From Lama glama (taxonomy: Eukaryota), in NCBI GenBank assembly GCA_028534125.1, contig CM052818.1, positions 40,054,001 to 40,118,000 of the forward strand: a stretch of 64,000 nucleotides of DNA. Direction: 5' to 3'. A program made the position numbers and the translations under genes. Under the pieces are notes generated by a model. The model did not search any database and had not been told where the DNA came from. It saw only the letters and a list, made by a program, of their open reading frames with translations. This document shows, in pieces, positions 36,898 through 48,592 of the stretch; position 1 is the stretch's first letter; each line of letters opens with the position of its first letter.

Positions 36898-39800
36898 CCA
36901 AGCCAGCATTTCCCACACAAGCCTTCCATGAATTAGGCAGCATATTCCCTGAGGACCCCAAGTTTGTTTTCACTCCAAGGCTAGCTTTTTAAAGTTTTGT
37001 AAAAAGAGAAAGTAGAAAATCAAGGATATTTCTTTTTGCAAATTCAAATTAATTTTAAGAAATTTTTCCTTGACTATTTTTGAGACTTTAAAAAAAAATT
37101 CGACTAGGAATACTGAGACATTAGCTCAATCAGGTTGGTGAATTGCTGGCTGTTTTATCATCAAAATATATTTTGTCTGTTTTATCTGTCAAAATTATGG
37201 GTGCTTCCTTCCTATAGGCTACTCTATACCTTAATTAACTAATTGCAAGGAAAGGAAACTTCAAGACACCAAGGAACAGACTGGCCTATCAACTTGATGT
37301 GTTCTTCATTTCTAATATCCTTACAATTTACAGATGCTCCCTGTATGACTTTCAGCCTCACTTTGGAGTGATACAAAGAGTCCTGGGTCATCATGATGGC
37401 ATTTGTCACTTGGTGCCTGGGGGTCAAAACAGAGGTGGGTGAAATTCTGATGGAGAAGGTAGAAGCTACCATCCTGTCAAGAACACACCCCTGTTCTATC
37501 ACAATTCTGTGAACTGCGACTTAATCATGACTTCTCCTGGAGAAATTCAATGATGAATTCCACTCATTGTGCAGCTCTATTACAGGATAATTTTGCTTTT
37601 TGACAGCTGCAAAGGGACACATGTTTCCCTGATCTATTTAGGGAGCCTCAAAGAGGGATTTGAACATATTAATCACTCAAAGTGCAGTCCACCTCTTCCT
37701 GAAGAGAAGTGATCATAACTTCAGCTGTTCCGGTGAAAAGGAAAGCAATTACAAGGCAGTTCTACAGAGGCTCAAATCCTTTCTGACACTGCTATGGGGA
37801 TTCCTCTGCAGAAGTCAAATGGTCACAGTCAGTATCAGGGCAATGATACCAATAAGAATGAAGGATTGAATAAGAAAAATTGACAAGAGGCTAGAACGGC
37901 CAGGAGTGCTGGAGTAGTGGCCAGGGTGGAGGTGACTCCGGTGAGCAGGACTGGCAGCTGTGTGCCCTGCGATTTCTGTCATGAGGGGCTGTGGAGTTGC
38001 TGGCTGTGGAGCCGCACCATCTTCTAAGTCAGAGCACCTCTTAAAGTCCCTTCTGGTTCCAACAGTCTACTTTCGCCACCAGCTTTAGGTTCTTCATCAC
38101 CCCACCGCAATTCTAACTTCCAGAATCAACGAATTAACCAAATACCAAAAACTCAGTGGAGGTTGGCCATACTTGAAGGAAGTTTAAAGCCGAGTCTCCT
38201 CTTTTCTTTTGGTCTAAAAAAGACTGGGCATGCGAGAGCAGAAAGATAGCTGTGGAGAGTCACTCAAGTCAATTGAAAGAAACTGCCCTTTGGGCAGTAA
38301 ACACGCCCAATTTCCCAGTGCCTTGGGCTAAGCTGGTCAGAACAAAAGGAGATATTTGACAGGATAACTACTTGAACCAAGATTGGTTCTCAAATTTGTT
38401 TAGGTAGCAGAGTACCTGGCAATCACTGCCTTTTGTGAAATATTATAGAATGATGCTCTTTATCTATTTATATTAAAATAAATTATTTTGTAATATTTGT
38501 CACTTTATGTGAGATTGTGCCAGGTTAAAAAGTGGTAGCTGTCCCCAAAGGTATAGGAAAACATATATGCTAGAACTAAACCAAGTAAGTGGCAGGGCCA
38601 GAACAATGAAGGTCAATGTCAGTCTTCTAAAATCACATGATTTAAGAATTAATGGTTAAGTCAAATGCTGAAATTTGGAAGGAATTTAAATGAAATAAAA
38701 TGACTCATTCTGTGACTTTGCTTGGGAGAGCAACTTTGATGAAATTTTAAAAATATACCAGTTTCTACCCACTCCCTGCTTCCATTAGAATAAGTTTCAG
38801 GGAACTTGTAAGGGCCCCACCAGACTGAGTACGCATGTCACCTTGCCCTTCACACTCTCAGCCCACGTGCAAACACAATTTCCATATCCTGTCCTTCTGC
38901 TGCTGTTAATAATGCTCCCTTAACCCCATCGGGGCACAGTCTCAACTCACAAAATGTGAAGCCAGTGTTGGGAGGTAATCACCTGTTTCCTCATCCTGTT
39001 ATTTTCCTCTACCTGAGGGTCATGCCAGCTGACAAGGTGGGTCAAAGAGCTTGCTGCACACAGGATGAGGGGGGTAGCTTCTGGGGATGAGGGCTGAAGT
39101 CTTCCCCAAGATGCAGGGATTACTTCATATCGTTCCTGGCAGAGCAAAGAAGGGAGATCAAAGGTGTGAGGACCTTACATAACACACTTTCCCCTCCCAT
39201 CAGGAGGACTTGAGGTGGTGTTGGCCGTGAGGTATATTAGCACTCACAGGTGATAGAATGTGTCACCGAAGTTGCCTCCAAAATATATTTGTTGATCTAC
39301 TGAATAACCAACTGCAAATTACCCTCATTATACTAATATAATTACTTCCAAAATGTTTTCTGGCAGGCAAAAATTCAGAGAGGGTAACATTAATATCCAT
39401 TATGATTAATATGATTAATGTAGGTACTACGAGTTTTTCTCTTCAAAGAAAACTCAGCTGAAACACCAAACCAATAACATTTATAACATATTTACATTTT
39501 TTCATAAACCAGTTTCTTATGCTAATAAGTTAAATTTGCTTAAAATTATTTTGTCTCTTTTCTTTTTCACCGTTTGATACTTTTCTGATTATAATATCTC
39601 AAGTATTTATATACTAACACCTTACTCATCCGAAATCATTCAGCTGATAACTGTGACTCTCTGGAATATGGCCAGGCTTCTGCCTTGGGAAATGTAGGCA
39701 CCTGGTAAATTTCTTCTAAGAATAAAGTAATTATATGCATGTCCTTCTGTAGCATTTATTATTCCATGTCAGAGTTAATTGTTCTATTATACTGTAAGCA

Positions 39801-39949
39801 ACTTGATGGTGTAAAATATTTCAGCTTCTTTTCCATCCCTTGGCCTTTGGCTTGCCTGTCACATTGCAACGAGAAATCAGTTTCTGTGAGATAAAATATA
39901 TTTCAAAAACATGCTTTGAAGGGAAGCCTAGATAGAGGTATTGGCAAAT

Positions 39950-40085
39950 GCTATTCAGAAAGTCCAATATATTCCACCAACTTCAACAAATGGGCAGCCC
40001 AAGTCTTTTCCTCACTGACGCTCAGTTTCTCCATAGGTAGAATGAAATGTTCGGAAGACACCATCCTCTGATCTCGATATTTTGT
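39950..40085 (+). mobile_element. MIR/MIR3 fragment
   Basis: caagtcttttcctcactgacgctcagtttctccataggtagaatgaa. Confidence 0.6.
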
Positions 40086-41608
40086 GTCACTCCAGCATCC
40101 ATTCCTCTGTATGCTATAAGACAGCATTCGTTTTCATTCAAGCTTTCCCACTGCATGGAAAAGCCACACTGAGTTGTCAAGGCTCCTGTGTCAGAGGCCC
40201 TGATAAACGAGGGAGGTCCCTGTATTCACAGGCATCACAAGACAACCATTACATTCATGGGGTCCCTGCAGTATCCACCAGCAGGGTTACCTGGAGAAGC
40301 TCCTCTCATGCCGGCCTTGCCCAGTCTGTACCCAGCGGACAGCCATTCAGCTGCTCCTGAGCGAAGCCAGCCCCTGCAGAGGATGTCTGCCAGGGAGACC
40401 GTCAGAGGCCACCTTTCGACCAAGAGTTTCTGAGGCCCAGTAAGAGGAAGCTGGGTTCCAGACACCTTGCTTCTGCTGCTGCTCCCTGTCCTGCCCACAA
40501 AAGTCTGCCTGCTTCAGGACCTACAGGCAGGTCTCTTGTTAGAAAGAGCTTTCTTTCTCCTTGCTCATTTCCTTCTGGTTTACGCTAGCCTTATTTCTCA
40601 TGAAGCAGACTTTTGCGTTCACTTTTTCCTTCTATACATCCTCAGCCATTGCAAATTAGCTACTTATTCAGGGAAGGCTTTAGGTTCTGACCAGTCTTAT
40701 GCAGAAAACAGGGAGATGGATATTCGAGAGAGATCTCAGCCTCCGTCTAAGAGAAAGACATGTACACTTAGTTAGAGCTCACAGAAGGATGGACTACATC
40801 GCCCGCGTCCCTGACTCTGATAGTCAAAATAAGGGCAGGGGGATCCTCGTCTCCCAGAACAGGAGATGGTTCACAGGTACGTGCAGCTCCATCCTCCTCT
40901 GCAGCATCCGCCGTGCTGGAACACAGGCTCCCCGATCTGCATCCCACATGTGCCCTCTGTCAAGGCGGTAGGGCTCATAACACTCAGCAATGTCTTATGA
41001 GGCTTTTTCTAAAGACCTTCCACATCCCAGAAATTAGCAGAGGCAAATCTGCTTCTCATTATCCTGATAGTCAATGATTTATACCTTCCAACTTGGGGGA
41101 GGGGAGAGGGCCAAAGAAGGTGAACCATTTGGCAAGTTATTAACCCTTCTAGGAGAAGGTGCTCCCAGCACGCCTCTGGAAACAGGTCACCATTCCTGGT
41201 CACTACACCCCAATGGACTGTCTCCTTTCCTGGGTAACAAATGTATTTCGTTCTCTTGAATTCCTGATATTCTGCCTATTAGGATAGATGGAAACAAACT
41301 CCTCAACCCACCCCTTTTTAACCTCAACTGTTTTCCTCCAGTGAGTCCCCATTATATGAACTCCGCTTTCTTCCAGTTCTCCTACAAGTCCCTGGGGGCT
41401 CCTCTCGTCATTCACACACTCATCAGTCAGTCAGTTGAGCAACACATATACTGGGGGCTCTTTGACAAGGAGGATTTTTGTCATAAAGACGAATCTGCCG
41501 TTTAAAAGTTCCACTTACCTCCACGTATCGAAAAATGTTTCTTATTATGAAATAGCTCTCAAGTTATGTAAATGTAGGGTTGTACAAGAATTTTTATGTT
41601 AGGTGTTG

Positions 41609-41609
<1 letters not shown>

Positions 41610-41643
<34 letters not shown>
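41610..41643. repeat. (TG)n microsatellite
   Basis: Direct reading. Confidence 0.97.
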
Positions 41644-41644
<1 letters not shown>

Positions 41645-42007
41645 CTGCGAACGGGAGAGAGAAAGAGAGAGGCTGCTTCCTTCCTTACAACGTAGTCTGG
41701 GGAGGACTTTGCCTAAGGAGCACAAGATCTTGCAGAAAGGAGGAAATGGAGCCCCTAGATTCTTTATTTCAGATTCAAAGTTAGGGAGACAGTTTGGGGT
41801 AGATCAAGGCTGCCCTGAATCCTGAGTCCTCCCCTGCCTCACTGAAATTGGCCTATATTCTGGAAAAGAATTGGGTAGCCCCCTTTCCACTTTCCCTTGA
41901 GCCAAGAGCCAGTGTAAAGGAGCCAGCTTCTGTGGCCATTCCTCACAGCAAACTTCCTCTCAGCAAAGGGCTCGCTGAGTCTCAGGAGCATTCCGAACTC
42001 CAAGGGT

Positions 42008-42507
42008 NNNNNNNNNNNNNNNNNNNNNNNNNNNNNNNNNNNNNNNNNNNNNNNNNNNNNNNNNNNNNNNNNNNNNNNNNNNNNNNNNNNNNNNNNNNNN
42101 NNNNNNNNNNNNNNNNNNNNNNNNNNNNNNNNNNNNNNNNNNNNNNNNNNNNNNNNNNNNNNNNNNNNNNNNNNNNNNNNNNNNNNNNNNNNNNNNNNNN
42201 NNNNNNNNNNNNNNNNNNNNNNNNNNNNNNNNNNNNNNNNNNNNNNNNNNNNNNNNNNNNNNNNNNNNNNNNNNNNNNNNNNNNNNNNNNNNNNNNNNNN
42301 NNNNNNNNNNNNNNNNNNNNNNNNNNNNNNNNNNNNNNNNNNNNNNNNNNNNNNNNNNNNNNNNNNNNNNNNNNNNNNNNNNNNNNNNNNNNNNNNNNNN
42401 NNNNNNNNNNNNNNNNNNNNNNNNNNNNNNNNNNNNNNNNNNNNNNNNNNNNNNNNNNNNNNNNNNNNNNNNNNNNNNNNNNNNNNNNNNNNNNNNNNNN
42501 NNNNNNN
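42008..42507. other. Assembly gap (500 N)
   Basis: Run of N; CpG-enriched right flank. Confidence 0.99.
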
Positions 42508-42602
42508 GTCAACTTTTACTGCGACGGTCCCTATTATCATCATCACGACCCTCATTATTGGCCAGAGTACTTGAAAGAGCATTACCTTTATGAACTTCAG
42601 AT

Positions 42603-42616
42603 CTGCCACCTCCTGG
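42603..42616 (-). promoter_or_regulatory. Candidate CTCF site
   Basis: Minus strand reads CCAGGAGGTGGCAG, 13/14 match to CCASYAGRKGGCRS. Confidence 0.5.
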
Positions 42617-43479
42617 AGTCAGCGGGGCCGCTGGTCTCTCTTCTGGATTCCGCAGACTAGGAAGCAGGCAGGTCGTTTTAGCCTGTTCCTCTCTGAAAAG
42701 GGCTTGAGGTCCATTTCGGGTAAAAATCTGTGTAGTCTCTTGTCCCGGGACATCAAAGTGGCTTTATCTCTCTTGGCAGGTTAGGCTACGAGGAATACTG
42801 AACATTTTTCTGTCACACCCATTGCCAAGGGTGCAATTTGGGAAAACAAGTGGGGATTTACAGATAGTAACTTTCCTCTTCTTCTATTGATAGTCTGAGA
42901 TAATTCATGGCTAGCTTTGGACAAATGCAAAAATGTGCATTTAGTTTGAATTTGGATTCATTCCTCATGAATATTAGTCATCTCAGCCTAAAATGCAAGC
43001 GCTTCTCTGTTTCAACAGATGGGAGGATGGACTGTGAAATCATACTACAGCACAGAGGGAAAACAAAAAGGTTGAAATCAAATTTAAAGCTAAGTCTTGG
43101 CACCGTGGGACGAAGTGTGCATCGCCCTGTATTTCCTTACAAAACAAGGAATGTGCTTTTAGGTGTGGTTTACATTCTTGCAGAAATGATGGGATGGGAA
43201 TATTTATAAACCAAGTTTGCTTGATGATTTAATTCACCGTAGGAATATTTTTTTGCAGATAACTCTTCATGCAGAATTTCCTCTTACTGAATGCCTCAAT
43301 CAGAGACTGGCTCAGGATATGTCATGTTCCGTTGTCAGTGATGAAAAGATGATTCCGGGGCCTGGCTGCCTTCTGTGTCCTCTTCAGCCTCTTGATATTC
43401 TGCTGCTCCCTGAAGCCAGTGCTGCTCATTCCTACAACATGGCAGAAGAGAGACCAGTGTTGGACCAGTTGGCAACTTG

Positions 43480-43568
43480 GGAGAGGAGGAGAAAGAAGTG
43501 GGAGAGAAACAGGAGGAAAAGGAGAAGAAAGAAAATGAAAAGGAAGAAAAGAATTGGAGCAGGAGAAT
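43480..43568. repeat. GA-rich low-complexity tract
   Basis: gagaggaggagaaagaagtgggagagaaacaggaggaaaaggagaagaaagaaaatgaaaaggaagaaaag. Confidence 0.9.
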
Positions 43569-44259
43569 TTCAAATTAATACTTTTTTTCCATTACATCAC
43601 ACCAATTAATGGAGCTCAATAGAAAATGGACTTGTTAATTCTTCTGATTTGTTGATCACCAACTGTATACCAGACACTGTAATTGGGACTGGGGAAAAAG
43701 TTAAAATTTTATGATAATGAGGCCAGAATCCATCTAACATTGAATAGATATAAATAGAGAACTCTAGTTTCCATAATTTTTTCCCGAAAATTTCCAATAC
43801 TTTGATGTGTCAACATGCCAAAAACACAGTAATTTTTATGGTATAAGAATAAATGAAAGGCTATACAAGATCTTGAAGTTCCTTTTACATCAAAGAAAGA
43901 ATGGCATTCACCATATTTAAGTTTAAGGTATTTTTTACTAACACTGGAATTCACTAAACACAAGTAAATCCTATGTTCTATACATAATAAATCTTCTAGC
44001 ATGTTATTGATTATCCAAGGATTTTCACTGACTTCTCAGTCACCAACACAATTTCTTAGAAGTAGTTCTGGTTAACTAGAGTCATACGAAAAACTTTCTA
44101 GAATAGTAAACACACAAAACTTCAGCTTTGTAAGAGATTCTAGAACCTGTTTTTTTCCTGAACAGATCTCCATTTATAGATAAGAAAAGGAAGAACTAAC
44201 TGAATTAACTGAAGAACCGTTTCACTGCCAATCTTTCTGAAAGTAAAGCAGACACAGTT

Positions 44260-44440
44260 AAATTTTGCTGAGTATCTTTATGTACCCGATTTGGTTGCAG
44301 ATACCTTCACCCATATAATCTCTTTTAATTCTTCCTTGGATACCATGAGCAAGCCATAATGTTTCATATTTAACATACGAGGAAAAGAAGCCCACAGATG
44401 AATACCTCATCCCGAGCCACAGAGTTAATCTCCTAACTTT
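44260..44440 (-). mobile_element. MIR fragment
   Basis: ttgctgagtatctttatgtacc...taatctcttttaattctt...catacgaggaaaagaagcccacaga. Confidence 0.55.
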
Positions 44441-44957
44441 AAGGCAAAAGTTTCACGAAGTGTTATTATACTCAGTAAAGACAGAAGAATTTATACTACC
44501 CCAATTCTCACAGTTTCTTATACATTTAATAAAATACCTTGTATAAAACCATTTTGCCATTTGCCTTTTTTTTGCTATAGAATTCAAGGACTTTCCCATT
44601 TATGTGACGCTTTAAGTGAGAGATTAAAATATAAAATTGTTTTTACTTCTTAGGTTTCCAGAATCTATATCGAGTGATTTGCTAGACTAATCATATTTTC
44701 TAATCCTTCTTAAAAGAAGGCTTTTTAAAATTGCTAAATAAATTTTGGGTAGCAACTGCAAAAAAAAAAATTGTCAGAGAAAACAGGAGCAAAAACAGGG
44801 TCACTTTTATAGCCTATTAAAAGGAAAACCCAAAGTTTTTATAGCCCAGCTTAGCTCTAACTGGATGAGTAATTAGGGCTGATAATATGGTCTTACTGTG
44901 TAGATGCCTGTGTCGAGTAAAGTAATGGTACCCAGATGACCTGCCCCACATTGCAAA

Positions 44958-45196
44958 GCAACTGTCTCAAAATTACTGAAGGTGGATTTTTATATTTTAT
45001 TTATTTATTTACTTATTTATTTATGTACAGTCAGTTACAATGTGTCAATTTCTGGCATACAGCTTATGGTTAAATACATGTTGCTGCTCCCCAACCTTAG
45101 AGAATTTTAATTCAGCAAGTTTGGAGTGGCTCAGAAATCTTGATTTTGTTTAAACCCCACTCCAATGATTTGGTTGTTCAGTCATGTAGAACCATC
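44958..45196. mobile_element. MER5A-like hAT-Charlie element, interrupted by a short L1 tail
   Basis: ttaaatacatgttgctgctccccaacc...aattcagcaagtttggagtgg...aatct...gatt...agaacca. Confidence 0.55.
44987..45063 (-). mobile_element. Very short camelid-type L1 3' end with (TTTA)n tail
   Basis: tacagtcagttacaatgtgtcaatttctggcatacagc is the reverse complement of the terminus seen at ~19187-19230. Confidence 0.8.
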
Positions 45197-45849
45197 AATC
45201 ATGTTAACAATGTTTTACTTGTACCAGATATTGCCCAACTCCAAGCTTTATCTCATTAGTGTGGAAGCTTGGGCAAACCAAGAAAAATTTCTCAGCCTCA
45301 TATTCCATACTATAGAGTAAGGAATATCAAACCTCAGTGGTGCCTTGGCCATCACATGGGGCCACAACTCACTTAAGATCATGAGTGCTGAAGGTGTTAA
45401 ACTCTAAAGTTGTTTACAGTGTCCTTAACTTTAGTTGATGCCCGAGCAATTTGGTAGGTAAGAGACAAGTTTTGAGTGTCTGTTCCACACCAGGCACTGT
45501 CCTTGGTACTTTATCTTCTCAACCATCGATTTTTACGATTGCCAGGACCACTCAAGTACAGAACTTTCTCCATGTTGCATCTGCCAGCCTTCCAGGTGCT
45601 TCATGACAACTCATTAGCTCTATTTTACCTTCCTTTGACTGCTGACTTTTGGATTCAGTTCTTAAGCTCTGTTTCCCTCCTAGGATATGGTATGTGACTT
45701 GGTTATGCCCACATTGCCCTCCCTTCACTTTGCATCCTGCAAAAAAGGATCAGTCCCTCTCTCTTTCAAGGGACTCCTGGAGTTTCATTCCAGACATAGG
45801 TCCTGGGATTCTGGTTTCTTGGAATGGACCGTGAGACAACAAACATTTT

Positions 45850-46010
45850 GCAAGTTGAATGTCATGATCTGTTTTTTTATAGATAAGAAAAATGAGCCTC
45901 CGTGATAAGTAACACACTCCAGCTCCACCACTAGGAAGGAGCAGAACTGGGATTTGCAGCCAGGGACTGTGCAGCTCTGAGTCCTGAAACTGTTCTACCA
46001 AATCATTCTA
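45850..46010 (-). mobile_element. MIR SINE
   Basis: ttttatagataagaaaaatgag...taagtaac...agaactgggatttgcagccagg. Confidence 0.75.
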
Positions 46011-46439
46011 TCTCCTGAGATTTCCAGGAAAATGGAAGCTTAGGAGGGCAAAGTGCAAGACAGAAACTTTCATCTTTTTGACTTTGCCAGACATTTTTCT
46101 CTACTTCGGAAGTAGACTGCTTATACTATGCTTTTGAGAACCTGTCCCCGTTTTGAGGAGTGCTTTGATCACTCAGATCAATGCCCCCACTCCCCTAGTC
46201 TATGTGGTTTCTGTTTCTGAAGGGAAAGCCCTTCTTTTTTCCTGGTCACTATCTATATCACAGACCACAGAGCTTAGGATGACTTTTCTGTGCTTATACA
46301 CAGTGTTCTGCCTTACTCTTTCCCCGAGTCAACTTCAGGCTGCTCTACTAAAAGAAGAGCAGGCTCTAAGCCCAGAAATCTGAAGAAATACCATAAGGGT
46401 AACAGGGATCAATATATTTCCCTTTACATTGGTTTTTAC

Positions 46440-46575
46440 ATTGACTGTGTGATTATTTCATTATATCTGTCACTCACATGTGCCTATAAGTTTATTGAAA
46501 AAACCTAGGACAGAGCCTGGGATAAAATTCTTGTTCAGTGAATAAGTGAATGAATAAATGAATGAATGGATAGAC
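46440..46575 (+). mobile_element. L2 3' tail
   Basis: cctaggacagagcctgg...tgaatgaataaatgaatgaatgga. Confidence 0.65.
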
Positions 46576-46704
46576 TAATTCTTTAAAGTTTCTATACCAA
46601 AAATAAAATTATAAGGGGAGTTGAATTTGGAAAGCACATTGGAAAACTACTTGTTGTATGGTGTTTGCTTGAGTAGAAAAATACCATAATTTCCAAGTTC
46701 AGTC

Positions 46705-47140
46705 CATCAGTCACCCAACCAAACAAAACATTTTTGAGTACCCAGTGTGTACTAGGTTCTTTCTTCCATGTTAAAAGGATGTAGAGTTGAACAAATAAGG
46801 TACTTACAGGGTACGTACATCATTGGTTATGAGATTGGATTACACCTAGAAGCCACCAACCTCAGAAGCAGCGCACTAGGTCTTAGAGGACAGGTAGGGG
46901 GTAAAAAAAAAAGGGCTTTCAATTAGGAGGTTAGTGGGAGTAAAGATCACTGTTAAGGTGGTCAAGGAAGGCTTTGCTCTTAGAAAGAGTGAGCAGAGAC
47001 TTGGTGACATGAATATGCTTGGCATGTACCAAGATAGGTGGACCTGTCTTGCCTACATATTGAGCTCTGATGGAAAAAATAAAATAAAATAAAACTATGA
47101 GATACTATTTGGGATATGACTGAGGCTGTATTGTAAAAGG
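46705..47140 (-). mobile_element. L2 fragment
   Basis: aacatttttgagtacccagtgtgtactagg...ggtggtcaaggaaggctt. Confidence 0.65.
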
Positions 47141-48488
47141 TGGGTTTTTTCCTGTTTGTTTTCTGTTTTCTATTTTGTTTATTTATTTGTTTGTTTTGTT
47201 TTCTTTTTAATGCAGGGTTAATGTCCTGAGTTTTGGAGCTCAAACTCAATGATTCTCTCTCCTAAAAAGGAGATGGCCTCATCGGCTCATTGTAGTGGGC
47301 ACAGAACTGATTCAGCCATATGTAATTTTCCCTGTGTTTAAAGGTCTCTGTGTTTCTTTCGACTCCTTAAATTTTCAAAGGGAGGGGAAAAAGCATATTT
47401 AGTTGCTTAATATTTCTGTATATCTTAAAGGACCCTTCGTATTTATCATCAGAGACACACCAAAGCACATTACAAGTAATGTAAGCCAGCTGGTGTTTTG
47501 CAGGCCAAAGTCAGTTGATGGTTTAATAGTAAAAACCATCTTTTTGTTAACATTTTTCTGGAGCACATCACCAAAGAATGCATGGCCCCTTTCTACATTT
47601 TTCAGGAAAGAACTGTCTTATTAGCTTTTTTCTTAGGTTTCTGAATATTTCTAGGAGAAGACTTGGTCTGGTTTCTTTTGAGAACTCTTTCAGAGCTGTC
47701 TGAACCACCTTTCAAACATCAATAAAATTCTTTTTAATGTGAATTTGTGTATTCTCCAAATATACCCACTTAGATGATGTCTAATAAACATATAAGGTTA
47801 GCAAAACCTTCTTGTCTAGGAAATAAACTAATCTGTGTTCTCTGTGCTGGTTCAAGAACTGGTGATTGAAAAAGTAACTCAGAATCTAACTATTAGAGAT
47901 TTGTCTTTCACTGTTCTCTTCCATCCCCAAACCCTGATTTAGTCACAATTCATGGGTCTCCACACAGAATTGGAGAATGGCCACTGAAGTTCAAAAAAGA
48001 GGCCAAAAGGGTAAATGCTCTGTGCATCCAGGTATTTACCAGTTTCCTGAATACTCCATGCTCCTTCCTAATCCTTATCTTTATACATAATGTACTAAAC
48101 AGAATTTGGAGTCCATCCCAAAGACTACTTCCTCCAGAGACCCCATTCTTTGCCACTTCACCTTTTCCCTCCACCCTACTTCTGGCTCATTTATAGGGAA
48201 TTTCACATAGTTTTATTACATCATATAATCCAACTGTGAACTGCTGAAAGGCAAGGATGGTGCCTAATTGCTCCATAATCCAGCTTTGGATGCATCATTG
48301 TAATTGGAACATAGTTTTGAAATGTCATGATGTCTATGTTGGGTACATTGTGGGAAGTTATTACATGCTTGCATAAGGAAAGATAGTAAAGAAATAGCCC
48401 CAGGTGGAGTTTTTGTTAGATACAGAGATCTATCTTTGGAGAAAGATACTACACAAAAGAAAAAAAATGTTACTATCATGGATAGGGC

Positions 48489-48592
48489 AGTTGAGTTTAG
48501 TGAGTATAAAATTTTCCCACCAAAGTTCTTCTGGAGGTAATCCTTTGATTGAAAACTTTGGTGGGAAAATTTTACATGCACTAAATTCAATT
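48489..48592. repeat. Long inverted repeat / hairpin, possible MITE
   Basis: Perfect 21-bp arms at 48507-48527 and 48554-48574, extended ~18 bp outward with mismatches. Confidence 0.9.

Noticed and set aside
41839..42660. Longest ORFs in the track (176-270 aa)
   Set aside because: Artefacts of translating through 500 N
43217..43609. 130-aa ORF with a basic R/K tract
   Set aside because: The basic stretch is the translation of a GA-rich low-complexity repeat
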